This document shows positions 18,843 to 28,361 of a stretch of DNA of 64,000 bases, in pieces. Position 1 is the stretch's first letter; each line of letters starts with the position of its first letter. The stretch spans positions 2,313,407 to 2,377,406 of the forward strand of contig OY776568.1 in the NCBI GenBank assembly GCA_963675765.1, in the 5' to 3' direction. Position numbers and translations under genes: made by a program. The notes under the pieces are model-generated. The model saw only the letters and a program-made list of their open reading frames with translations. It was not told the DNA's origin and did not search any database. Source of the DNA: Phycisphaerae bacterium. GTDB taxonomy: Bacteria > Planctomycetota > Phycisphaerae > UBA1845.

Positions 18843-19225
18843 ATCACCCTGTCCTACCGTTAACGCCAGGATCCATCGACACACCCTCGCATTTCGCGCA
18901 GGGCGCACACCGAAACAAGCCTGCATAACTCGCTCCCTGGTTTATCGGACGAAAACAGGAGTATCATGAACTCTTAGCTCGCCAAACCCGTAGTAAACTC
19001 ACATGCTGCTCAACACACGAGTCTGTCAACCGCAGAGGATCTTCACAGACGATAACCCACTCCTAGTAGGCAGGTTATGAGAAGGACCTGCGTTGCCTAA
19101 CCTACACTGAGACAATCGTCATGCCGATTGACGGTATGATACAGCGCAGATATGCTCCAGCTATTCCATGGACAAGATGCATGTGGGCGTTGATATATGT
19201 CGACAGCCAACAAAGGTCTTTGACG

Positions 19226-20017
19226 ATGACGAATGAGCCCCCAACCGCAACAAGAAGATTCCTCGAACTAACCTTTATAATACCGACTGCCATTCTAGCG
19301 CTTTCGGCATTCGTCATAGGTCCGCACATCATTGCTAAAGGAGAAGCTGGAGTCCGAGAACCTCTCCCCCTCACAGCACCGCTCAACGAACTGCAAAAAA
19401 GCAAACTGGCACCGTACACCTTCAACCGAAGTAACACATTAACAGCAGCCGTCGAGGAAGCACTTGGAACCGATCAGTATATCGATTGGGCGCTGACTGA
19501 TACGACAATCAAGGATCACGTTAGTCCCCTGCGCAACATTCGGCTGTTTATTACCTACTACACCGGTGGCCGGGAACTTGTTCCCCACACTCCGGACATC
19601 TGTTACCTAGGGGCCGGATACCAGCCGGTCAAAAAAGAAGACATCGATGTGTATCTCGATTCGCTGGCCACTAATGTCCCTATTCGCGCAATAACCTTCG
19701 AAAAAAGCCAGGTCTTCGGCGGCGAAACCCCAACAGTCATCTACCTGTTTGCCTGCAACGGGGACTACGTCTCTTCTAGAGACGGTGTGCGATTCAGAGT
19801 TAACTCCCCGGGTAGCACCTACGCTTACTTCAGTAAAATCGAGATAACCTTCGGTACTCCTCAGTCTCGCCCGCAAAACCCAACTAGGGAGGAAGCTATC
19901 GAAGCTGCTACGAGACTGCTCAATGTTGTCTTACCGCTCTTGTCGGAACACCATTTCCCCGACTGGCACGCGGCGGAAGCGGCTGCAAAAAAACGCGCCG
20001 AACAAACTGTGAATTGA
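19226..20017 (+). CDS. EpsI-family (exosortase-associated, DUF3485-like) protein
   Basis: ATG 19226. N-terminal TM anchor. LGTDQYIDW, LFITYYTGGRELVPHTPDICYLGAGY and VIYLFACNGDY follow the EpsI-family pattern (H-x-P-x-x-C-x-x-G-x-G). No exosortase gene lies next to it. Confidence 0.6.
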   Translation: MTNEPPTATRRFLELTFIIPTAILALSAFVIGPHIIAKGEAGVREPLPLTAPLNELQKSKLAPYTFNRSNTLTAAVEEALGTDQYIDWALTDTTIKDHVSPLRNIRLFITYYTGGRELVPHTPDICYLGAGYQPVKKEDIDVYLDSLATNVPIRAITFEKSQVFGGETPTVIYLFACNGDYVSSRDGVRFRVNSPGSTYAYFSKIEITFGTPQSRPQNPTREEAIEAATRLLNVVLPLLSEHHFPDWHAAEAAAKKRAEQTVN

Positions 20018-20120
20018 AGAACCTATGAAGGAAAAAGGGGCCACTGCATTAATGTCGTTATTCTACTATCCCAGTGGCGGCTGGATACTCTGACCAAACA
20101 ATGACGGACGGGTTGATACC

Positions 20121-23100
20121 ATGGCTAAGCGCATTAACAAGAATCTGATCATCGGTCTTACTGCAGCGGGCTTTATCGTTACCACTGTAGCCGGCATAGC
20201 GATGGTAATACTGCTCAAGCAGGACGATCCCGCGGAATTCGAGAAGAGGGCAATTGCAAGGAAAGAGGCGGAAGACTACGAGAACGCTGAGCTCTTTTAC
20301 CGCCGAGCGTACCAGGTTTCCAACGACCCGACCTACCTGCTTCGCGCTGGCGATATGCTCTACGAGCGTGGAAGAGAAGACCGCGCTTTGCAGGATTACG
20401 CAAAAGCAGTAGAGATCAACCCTGCGTTGCTCGAAGCCCAAGAGAAGCTTCTCGACCTTAATTTGGAAATCGCCGATATGCAGGTCACCAGCGCATCTGC
20501 GTGGAATAGAGTCAAAGCGAACGCGGAGGCCATCCTCGAAATCGAAAGCGAAACGAAGAAGAATATCGACGACTGCGATAAGAATGGCAAGAACGATCAC
20601 GATGACATTGCTGACAATCCAGACCTCGACCTGAATGGCAACCAAGTGATCGATGAATGCGAAAACACCAAAGCATTGTATGCAATGGGTGTATCACTGC
20701 TAGGCCTCAAAGAGCAGAGGGCGGACAATGAAGATAAAGGTGTCGCCTATCTCATTAAGGCAGTGAAAGCAGCACCGTCAGAAGCGCGCTTCGCCAGCAA
20801 GCTCGCACATTACTACACTATGGCTAGCCAGAGAGAGAAATCCGTCGCTGTCCTCGAAAACCTCATCGCCCATACACCAGGCCCGGGCATCAACGCTTCA
20901 AAAGCCAGATCACGCTACGCCGTCCGCCTCGCCGCTGACAATCAGTATGATGAGGCAATCAATCTTCACGAAGAAGCAGTAAAACTCGCCGGCGATGATG
21001 CGGAAGCCCTCGAAGCGGCGTATGTCGCATATGGCACTTTCTGGTTTAATCGCTGGCGAGAAATGAAATTACAGGAAGCGTCCCCTATCCGCTCCGCCGA
21101 GAAAAGCAAGTTCACGGCAGCCGAAGCCTACGACAAGGCTGTCCGCAAATTCGAGGAAGCCATCAAAGCTGCACCAGAATCGTACTCCGCTTATCTCTAT
21201 ATCGCCCGCATGCAATCGATCGAAGGTGACACGGACAAAGCCATCGCCACGTACGAACAACGCCTTCAAAGACCGTTTAGCCGAGAAGGATTCAAGCAAT
21301 ACGAATCCCGCTCCAATCGCTACCAAATGCTCCTGGGTCTGGCCGACGTATACGTGACCTTGGCAGCAAACGAATCTGCAGGAACAACTGAAAGAGACGC
21401 CCTGGCCCAAAAGGCAGAGATGTACGTAGACGATGCTCTCAGTGAATACCAGAATAGACCGGAAACATCCCATCTTAGAGGAAAGATACGGTTCGTAACA
21501 GGAAAACACCGCGAAGCGGTAAAGCTGTTCGAGCAAGCAGAACAACAAGGTAGAACCGTAGATGCTACCAATCTCAACTATCTTGCCATGACCAGACTGC
21601 AGCTGGGACACATTGGCGCCGCGGAAGAGGCTATCACCGAAGCCATATCCTCGCCGCAAGCACCGATCGCCTGCTGGGTAACCTACGCCAAAGTCCTTCT
21701 CAAAAACAACAAACCGCGAGAAGCTCTGGCCGCCGCAAACCGGATCCTCACTACGATCCCCAATCAGCGAGACGCAACCCTTCTGAAAGCTGCAGCACAA
21801 GAGCAGTTGGGACAAGCGGAGCTGGCATCCAAAACCTTACAGACAGTAAACACTGACAACCCCGCTCTCATCGCAACACAAGTACAGTTCATGGCGAAGC
21901 AAGGGCAGGTGGATCAAGCACTTGATCAGGCCCACGCCGCCCTCAAGACACATCCAACAAGTCCTGAACTTATCGAGGCAATCGCTGCAATCTACAAGAG
22001 AAGGAACCAGAATGACCAAGCCTTAAGCACGGTTGAAACCGCACTCGCCAAAGACCCAGGAAACTTCGATCTGCAACTCCTCAAACTGCGCGTCGAACAG
22101 CATGAACCGGAGGAGTTCCGAAAGCTATATCTGGAACTGGTGAATACCATTCCGGACGAGTACCTACAGGCAATGCGGCTGGCCAGCTTCTACGAAATTG
22201 AAGGAGATATTCAAAATCAGTACGCGCAATTGGAAAAAGCCAAGAAGCTCATCGCTGAACGTTCGACTGATGCCTCCAGATATGCGACAGAGAACACACT
22301 GAGATCCGTTTTCGACAAGATGTTCCGCATCGCAATGACTCAGAACGATTCAGGCAAGCTCGATTCACTTGTTGCGGAAGCCGCTGCTATAAACGACGGG
22401 ATGGGCTTGGACGCCGCCCAAGGGCTCAGCTACACCGCTTGGCGAAAGATGTACAATGGATACACAGCACAGCAAGAAGCCAAGAAACTGAGACAGGAAG
22501 GCCAAACAGACAAGGCGGCCGAATTGGACGCTCTCGCCCAAAAGCATTACGAGGAATCCATAGACGACTTCAAACTCGCCATCGAAAGATACCCCTCCAG
22601 TGGACAGGCCTATGCCAGGCTTGGAGAAGCGTATATCCAAACCGATCGTCCCAACGATGCTCTACTCGCTTTCAGACGAGCGAATACCCTGAATCCAGGC
22701 AATGGCCTCGTACTGAAACGACTCGCTATCCTGACCCTCAACATGGGCGATAAGGACGAGTACGACACATGGTTGGCCGAATGCAACAAGGTCATTCCTG
22801 ACGATCCCTGGGTCATCGAACAGTCACTTGCAAACGAAGAGCAATCGAACCCTAGACAAGGAATCGCTCGACGGGAAGCAATGCGAACCGAAAACCCAAA
22901 TGACGTTGCCAACCTCCTCAAACTTGCCGAACTCTATCAAAGCATAGGAGACCTCAAGGCGGCAGAGAAAACAGCAAACGACATACTCCTGATTGAGCCC
23001 GATTCCGATTCCAACAGACTGGCCATCGCTAGGCAAACTGCTCAACTGTTCAGGAAAATCAACAAGCCAATGGAAGCCTTGAAAACTCTGGAACAAGCAC

Positions 23101-24881
23101 TCAGAGACGTCCCGGCGAGCCTGAAAGCAACAGCGCAGCTGCAAATCGGTCAACACTTTGCCGAATTGGGATCCCCATCCGCCGACGCAGCCTTCCTCGC
23201 CGCGGCAGACATTGATCCCAACCTTAATGTCTGTACTTCGATTGCACACTACTTCCTCCGTACACGCAGACCCAGTGAGGCAATGGAGTGGCTAACCAAA
23301 GCCGAAGCACTTGCCGCCAAGGAACAACCACAGGAACTCAACACCATAACTCAAATGCGAATCGAAGCACTTATTGAGATGGAAAAGCCCAAAGAGGCTC
23401 AAACTCTCTGCCAACAATATATAGCCGAGAATCCAGACTCGCTCACCGGAGCTTTCCTCGATGCCCAAATCGAAGCAGAACTTGGAAACACGGATTCAGC
23501 AATTACAAAACTATCCCTCATTATTGAGAAAAACCCAAGAAACCCCCTAGCACTGTACCGCCAAGCGCAATACCTTGTAAGCCTTGGACGATGGCAGGAC
23601 GCCATCACCAACCTGGAAGACCTCAAAGCAACGAACGCCGAAGCATTCTCCTACAGCCCGCGCGTCCTGCTTGCAGAAGCATACAAGCAAATAGGAAGAT
23701 TGGACTTAGCCTTCCAAGATCTGGAGACACTGTTCTCTGAGCATCCTGAGGCAAGGATGGCCGTTCACAAACTTATTGACCTCTACAACGAAGCTGCTGC
23801 TTCAGACGATAGCAAAGCCGGCGCTTTCTACGCCAAGGCGGACAGCGTCCTTTCAACCTTGCTCAACGAGGACCCAACAAACGCAGAATGGCTCACCAGA
23901 AGCGGTGAAATAGCGGTAAGCCAGAAAGATCGCACTAAGGCCTTTGCCAATCTGAAGAACGCCGCACAACAGAGTGGATACCGGGAAGGCTCCGTCGTCA
24001 AAGTGCTTGAGGCATGCGACCAACTCGGTGCCGTGGACAGAGGCATTGACTTCTACGATAATCAAGTCCCCCCAGATCGCCGTACCCCGTTGACGATGCT
24101 CCACTACGCAGGCCTGCTGGCCAAGAGAGGTGACATTGGAGCATCGGCAAACACCTTCCGCGCCGCACTACACAGAGAAGGATTCGTCTCTTTTGACTTC
24201 CTTAGCAAGACAATGGCGAAGATGATGTCATCATTCTCCGCCTCTGAAGCAACCAAGACTTTTCTCACTCCCCCTGATGACTCAACTCTGCAACGCGCCA
24301 ACAATCATATTCTCACCGTTCTTATGCAGATGAACGGACAACCGGCTGAAGCAGAGAAGCTCTGCAATGACCTTCTTGCCAGCGCCGCGAGCGAGCAAGA
24401 GAAAGCAAGCATCCTGACCAGACTGGGTATGCTCTACGGTAGTCAGAACGACCTCGAAAAGGCAAAAGCTGCCTACGAACAGGCCCTGGCAATCGATCCC
24501 AACAATCTCGTATCCCTGAACAACCTGGCCTACCTGCTGGCGGACAAAATCAACAACCCCGAAGCCGCCATCCCCTATGCCAAACACGCTGCCTCCATCA
24601 GCAACACCGCCCCCATTCTTGACACTCTCGGGTGGGCGTACCTGCAAGCGGGACAATTCCGCGATGCCATTGCCCAACTGACGAAAGCCAGAAGCATCGA
24701 CTCCGATTTTCCGGCCGTCACTTACCATCTCGGCGAAGCTCTTAGGAGAGATGGACACTTCGAGGACGCCGTAAAACTCCTGGAAGAGGTGACCCGCGCA
24801 TCACTGTCACAAGAGGACAAAATCTACGCTGAGAAAGCACAGGAGAGCCTCGAAAAGGCGAGAAATCGACTCAGCGATTAA
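20121..24881 (+). CDS. Very large membrane-anchored TPR-repeat protein (PrsT-like PEP-CTERM-system TPR protein is a possibility)
   Basis: 1586 aa with the N-terminal TM helix LIIGLTAAGFIVTTVAGIAMVILL. TPR-type repeats run throughout. There is one Asp-rich thrombospondin-type-3-like insert (DDCDKNGKNDHDDIADNPDLDLNGNQVIDEC). It is immediately downstream of the EpsI-like gene. Confidence 0.85.
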   Translation: MAKRINKNLIIGLTAAGFIVTTVAGIAMVILLKQDDPAEFEKRAIARKEAEDYENAELFYRRAYQVSNDPTYLLRAGDMLYERGREDRALQDYAKAVEINPALLEAQEKLLDLNLEIADMQVTSASAWNRVKANAEAILEIESETKKNIDDCDKNGKNDHDDIADNPDLDLNGNQVIDECENTKALYAMGVSLLGLKEQRADNEDKGVAYLIKAVKAAPSEARFASKLAHYYTMASQREKSVAVLENLIAHTPGPGINASKARSRYAVRLAADNQYDEAINLHEEAVKLAGDDAEALEAAYVAYGTFWFNRWREMKLQEASPIRSAEKSKFTAAEAYDKAVRKFEEAIKAAPESYSAYLYIARMQSIEGDTDKAIATYEQRLQRPFSREGFKQYESRSNRYQMLLGLADVYVTLAANESAGTTERDALAQKAEMYVDDALSEYQNRPETSHLRGKIRFVTGKHREAVKLFEQAEQQGRTVDATNLNYLAMTRLQLGHIGAAEEAITEAISSPQAPIACWVTYAKVLLKNNKPREALAAANRILTTIPNQRDATLLKAAAQEQLGQAELASKTLQTVNTDNPALIATQVQFMAKQGQVDQALDQAHAALKTHPTSPELIEAIAAIYKRRNQNDQALSTVETALAKDPGNFDLQLLKLRVEQHEPEEFRKLYLELVNTIPDEYLQAMRLASFYEIEGDIQNQYAQLEKAKKLIAERSTDASRYATENTLRSVFDKMFRIAMTQNDSGKLDSLVAEAAAINDGMGLDAAQGLSYTAWRKMYNGYTAQQEAKKLRQEGQTDKAAELDALAQKHYEESIDDFKLAIERYPSSGQAYARLGEAYIQTDRPNDALLAFRRANTLNPGNGLVLKRLAILTLNMGDKDEYDTWLAECNKVIPDDPWVIEQSLANEEQSNPRQGIARREAMRTENPNDVANLLKLAELYQSIGDLKAAEKTANDILLIEPDSDSNRLAIARQTAQLFRKINKPMEALKTLEQALRDVPASLKATAQLQIGQHFAELGSPSADAAFLAAADIDPNLNVCTSIAHYFLRTRRPSEAMEWLTKAEALAAKEQPQELNTITQMRIEALIEMEKPKEAQTLCQQYIAENPDSLTGAFLDAQIEAELGNTDSAITKLSLIIEKNPRNPLALYRQAQYLVSLGRWQDAITNLEDLKATNAEAFSYSPRVLLAEAYKQIGRLDLAFQDLETLFSEHPEARMAVHKLIDLYNEAAASDDSKAGAFYAKADSVLSTLLNEDPTNAEWLTRSGEIAVSQKDRTKAFANLKNAAQQSGYREGSVVKVLEACDQLGAVDRGIDFYDNQVPPDRRTPLTMLHYAGLLAKRGDIGASANTFRAALHREGFVSFDFLSKTMAKMMSSFSASEATKTFLTPPDDSTLQRANNHILTVLMQMNGQPAEAEKLCNDLLASAASEQEKASILTRLGMLYGSQNDLEKAKAAYEQALAIDPNNLVSLNNLAYLLADKINNPEAAIPYAKHAASISNTAPILDTLGWAYLQAGQFRDAIAQLTKARSIDSDFPAVTYHLGEALRRDGHFEDAVKLLEEVTRASLSQEDKIYAEKAQESLEKARNRLSD

Positions 24882-24943
24882 GAGTTGATCACCGATAGGA
24901 AGCCCTGGCCGTGACCTACGTCCGCCGATAAAGTCATCATTAT

Positions 24944-25034
24944 AGCGTTGTAAGTCCAAGCATAGCGTCCAACAATGAAAATCCGTCGGTGAAAACAGAG
25001 TGGCAGACGCTACACTTGAATAAAGCTTGCTCTG
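24944..25034 (+). repeat. About-90-bp structured intergenic repeat, copy D (forward)
   Basis: agcgttgtaagtccaagcatagcgtccaacaatgaaaatc...cagacgctacacttgaataaagcttgctct. It lies between the TPR gene and the first CNNM gene. Confidence 0.9.
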
Positions 25035-25098
25035 GCTGGGGCACTTGTGGTGCGAGCTGCCTGGTGCCCCGGCTGAGAGGCCGTTTCGGTTCACCCAA

Positions 25099-26361
25099 AT
25101 GATTTGGCCACAACTACTCTTCCTTGCCATCCTCCTCATCTGCTCGTTTCTTGTATCTGGTTCAGAGACTGCACTCTTCGCACTGTCAGCAAAACAACGC
25201 CTCGCTTTCTCCCAATCAAACCGACCGCTCAGAAGACTTGCCCACAGGCTTATGTTGCATCCGCGCACTGTCCTGATGACCGTGCTGATCGCCAACACCG
25301 CCATAAACATAGCCATCTTCGCCGTCTCCTACGTAGCATTCGACAGCTTGGCATCCACCCGTCCTCTCCTCGCAGCCTGCGGAGGCGTCATCGCGCTGGT
25401 ATCCGTAATCCTCTTCGGCGAAATTCTTCCCAAAGCACTTGCCCTCAGCAACCCAGCCCAGATAGCGCCGTTGGTCGCGCCGTTCATACATGCCCTACAA
25501 ATAGTGACAACCCCACTGCGCAACACACTCGCCTTCCTTTTCATTAACCCCATCTCCCGCTTGCTCTATCCGAATATAGACAGTGAAAACGAAATCTCCT
25601 CCAAGGAGCTGCACCACTTGGTCGAGCTATCGGCAGAGCAGGAAATCATTACCTCTCGTGAGCATGATATGCTCCAAGCAGTCGTGGCTCTTCCGGAACT
25701 GACAGTGCGATCAATCATGGTTCCCCGAGTGGACATCAGCGCCCTATCCGTCGATGCCAGCCGAGCTGACGCATACGAAAAACTGCGAAAGACAAGACTC
25801 AAAAAGATTCCAGTATATGGCCGAGATCTGGACGACATCCGCGGCATACTCTATGCAAAAGATTTCCTCCTCAACCCAGAAAGAAAAATAACAACTCTGC
25901 TGCAACCGCCCAAGTACGTTCCGGAAATAGCAAACCTTCTGCAACTCCTGGACGACTTTCAAAACTCCAAATCACAACTCGCCATAGCTGTGGATGAATA
26001 CGGGGGAGTGTCGGGCTTGGTCACCCTGGAAGACATCCTCGAAGAAATAGTCGGAGAATTGGATCAGGATATTACACTAACACCGTCAACTGCCATCACC
26101 AAAATGGAAGATGGAACGTTCCGGATATCTGGGGCAATGAGCATCCGCCCGTGGCGCGGATTGCTCGGACTCACAGACACGAATCTGCCAATCGACACTA
26201 TTGGCGGATTCGTCCTTGCGCGACTCGGAAGAGCTCCACGCATCGGAGACATACTTCACGTCAAGAATATCTCACTTGCGGTGGAATGCCTGCAAGGACG
26301 CCGCATAATAAGCGTTATCCTTCGTATCGAACCGACGAGATCTGTGGAGAAACAGCCATGA
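25099..26361 (+). CDS. CNNM/DUF21 - CBS pair - CorC_HlyC family protein (hemolysin-family / putative Mg/Co efflux)
   Basis: ATG 25099. DUF21 N-terminus with SGSETALFAL, CBS pair, and the C-terminal transporter-associated domain (FRISGAMSIRPW...IGGFVLARLGRAP). Confidence 0.85.
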   Translation: MIWPQLLFLAILLICSFLVSGSETALFALSAKQRLAFSQSNRPLRRLAHRLMLHPRTVLMTVLIANTAINIAIFAVSYVAFDSLASTRPLLAACGGVIALVSVILFGEILPKALALSNPAQIAPLVAPFIHALQIVTTPLRNTLAFLFINPISRLLYPNIDSENEISSKELHHLVELSAEQEIITSREHDMLQAVVALPELTVRSIMVPRVDISALSVDASRADAYEKLRKTRLKKIPVYGRDLDDIRGILYAKDFLLNPERKITTLLQPPKYVPEIANLLQLLDDFQNSKSQLAIAVDEYGGVSGLVTLEDILEEIVGELDQDITLTPSTAITKMEDGTFRISGAMSIRPWRGLLGLTDTNLPIDTIGGFVLARLGRAPRIGDILHVKNISLAVECLQGRRIISVILRIEPTRSVEKQP

Positions 26362-27335
26362 TGATCGTACTTTGCATCTGTGGCGCAATAATCTCCATTA
26401 TGCTCTCGGGATTTTACTCCGGTTCGGAAACAGGGCTTTACTGTATCAACAAACTGAAACTGCATGTTGATGCCGATAAAGGAAATCACCAAGCTATACG
26501 TGTTGAAAAAAACATCCGCAATGAGCAGTCCGCTCTATCTACGCTACTCGTCGCAACCAACTTAGCGAATTATCTCGCTACAATCGCCGTCGCCTACCTT
26601 CTGGCCAATATCGTCGAGCTCGGGCCTGGAGCCTCAGAAATCTATACGACGATTATTGTTACACCCATCGTTTTCGTGTTCGGAGAAACCATACCAAAGA
26701 CGATCTTCCAGAAAGATGCCGATCGACTAATGCGACTGGGTTCATCTCTTTTCACCATAACTCGCCTGGCACTCTGTTTGCCCACATATGTGCTTGTCCA
26801 CATTGCGTCCCCGATAGTATCCCTCTCCCGCTCGTCTTCCACTCGCTCGACAAACGATCCGAGAATCAGAGTCGCAACCCTACTACAAAACGCAATGGCA
26901 GAAGAATCATCAACCGATCATGTGGCTTTTGTCGATCGTGTTCTGGACCTGCCGAACATCCCCGTACACAAGGTAATGACACCAAGAAACTACGTGGCCG
27001 TCGTCAGTACTCAGACAAGCAAGAGAGACATGCTGTCCGTAATGAGAAAACACGGATACTCACGGTATCCCGTGTTCGACACAAGGCCAAGGAACATCAT
27101 TGGATATGTCGATACTCACAGCCTCTTGGCAAATGAAGAATGGGGATGTGCCCAGGATCACATGGAGCCAGCTCTCACTATAAACACCAGAGACTCCGTG
27201 GCTACAGCTCTTGTGCGACTCCAAACCTCACGAAAGCCAATGGCAATCATTGTCGATCGCAAAAAGAACCTACTTGGGATAATCACACTAAAGGATCTAC
27301 TGGAGGAACTAACTGGAGAACTACACGATTGGTAA
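26358..27335 (+). CDS. Second CNNM/DUF21 - CBS pair protein (no CorC_HlyC domain)
   Basis: ATG 26358 overlaps the upstream stop (ATGA). SGFYSGSETGLYC is the DUF21 motif, and the CBS pair ends ...GIITLKDLLEEL. Confidence 0.8.
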   Translation: MMIVLCICGAIISIMLSGFYSGSETGLYCINKLKLHVDADKGNHQAIRVEKNIRNEQSALSTLLVATNLANYLATIAVAYLLANIVELGPGASEIYTTIIVTPIVFVFGETIPKTIFQKDADRLMRLGSSLFTITRLALCLPTYVLVHIASPIVSLSRSSSTRSTNDPRIRVATLLQNAMAEESSTDHVAFVDRVLDLPNIPVHKVMTPRNYVAVVSTQTSKRDMLSVMRKHGYSRYPVFDTRPRNIIGYVDTHSLLANEEWGCAQDHMEPALTINTRDSVATALVRLQTSRKPMAIIVDRKKNLLGIITLKDLLEELTGELHDW

Positions 27336-27342
27336 ACACTGT

Positions 27343-27432
27343 AACGCCGCAAGTCCAAACGTAGCGTCAGACCCCGGAACCCACCGGAGAAAACAGGTGT
27401 TCAGCCGCTGCACCTGAATAGAGCTTGCTCTA
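27343..27432 (+). repeat. About-90-bp structured intergenic repeat, copy E (forward)
   Basis: aacgccgcaagtccaaacgtagcgtcagaccccggaacccaccgg...cagccgctgcacctgaatagagcttgctcta. The terminal cta is the stop codon of the STAS gene. Confidence 0.9.
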
Positions 27433-27786
27433 GTCCCAGCAGAAGAAATCGTCCAGCTTGGTCACATGAAGCAGTTCCCGAACATTAGGGCGCAAATTGA
27501 GTACCCGAATGCGACCTTCACGACCCGAGGCCTTCCGCACCGCCAGCATCGCCCCCAATTGCTTCGAACTGATCGCCGGCAGCCCCTCCAAATCAACCTC
27601 TATCTCACACTCAGATAGTTTGCCCGAATGAGACTCGATTACATTCGCCAACATTCGTTCCAGATTGGGAGGGTATTGTTCCCCGGCCTCAAAAAACTCC
27701 TGGTCAAAACGAAATGTAGCCTTCGAAGCCTCACAGGTAACGTGGAATGGAGGGACTTCGATTATCTCCGCCATGATGATCCTCAC
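27430..27786 (-). CDS. STAS-domain protein (anti-sigma-factor-antagonist-like)
   Basis: 118 aa. VDLEGLPAISSKQLGAMLAVRKA...IRVLNLRPNVRELLHVTKL fits the STAS fold pattern. The stop codon is the terminal cta of repeat copy E. Confidence 0.5.
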   Translation of the reverse strand: MRIIMAEIIEVPPFHVTCEASKATFRFDQEFFEAGEQYPPNLERMLANVIESHSGKLSECEIEVDLEGLPAISSKQLGAMLAVRKASGREGRIRVLNLRPNVRELLHVTKLDDFFCWD

Positions 27787-27877
27787 AAACTGAGAAAACT
27801 CGACGCTCGCATATCCATTATGTCTACACAGCCCCAGCCCCGCAAGATCATCTCCCCCCGCCCCACTGAAGCACCGG

Positions 27878-27968
27878 GGCGCCGTTCATCCTGGTGCCAC
27901 AGCAAACAATGAAAACCCTGCAGAATAAACGGGCCTTGAGAGGCTACACCTGAATAGTGCTTGCTCTA
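27878..27968 (+). repeat. About-90-bp structured intergenic repeat, copy F (forward, diverged left arm)
   Basis: ggcgccgttcatcctggtgccacagcaaacaatgaaaac...gaggctacacctgaatagtgcttgctcta. It ends 5 nt before the Smr gene stop codon. Confidence 0.8.
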
Positions 27969-27973
27969 ATCCT

Positions 27974-28309
27974 CTACAGCAAAACTATGCTGATCCCTTC
28001 GTTACAGCGATTAAGATCTGGATCACGGCTCAATTCCGGACACAACTCCAGCAACTCGCGACTCTCTTCATCAAAAACTGACCAAGCTTCACCGCGAATA
28101 AATCCCCTTATCTCCCCCTTCTTGCGCCTCTTACGCAATGATGACCGCAAGCCATCACGCAATACTCCACCGACCCCACTCGAACCGTAACCGTGAATCA
28201 ACTTCACCGCCAAAACGCCACGCCCCCTCGCCTCAACCAGAGCCTCCGACAAGCGCTTCCGAGCCCTCTCCAAACTCGGACGACCACCCTTCAAATTCAC
28301 CACGTGCAT
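27974..28309 (-). CDS. Smr-domain protein
   Basis: 111 aa. AVKLIHGYGSSGVGGVLRDGLRSSL matches the Smr motif (IHGxG...LR). Confidence 0.6.
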   Translation of the reverse strand: MHVVNLKGGRPSLERARKRLSEALVEARGRGVLAVKLIHGYGSSGVGGVLRDGLRSSLRKRRKKGEIRGFIRGEAWSVFDEESRELLELCPELSRDPDLNRCNEGISIVLL

Positions 28310-28361
28310 GACAATCCGTCAGCCAAACCCTGCTTCAATACAGAAAATACCTACCAACGAA

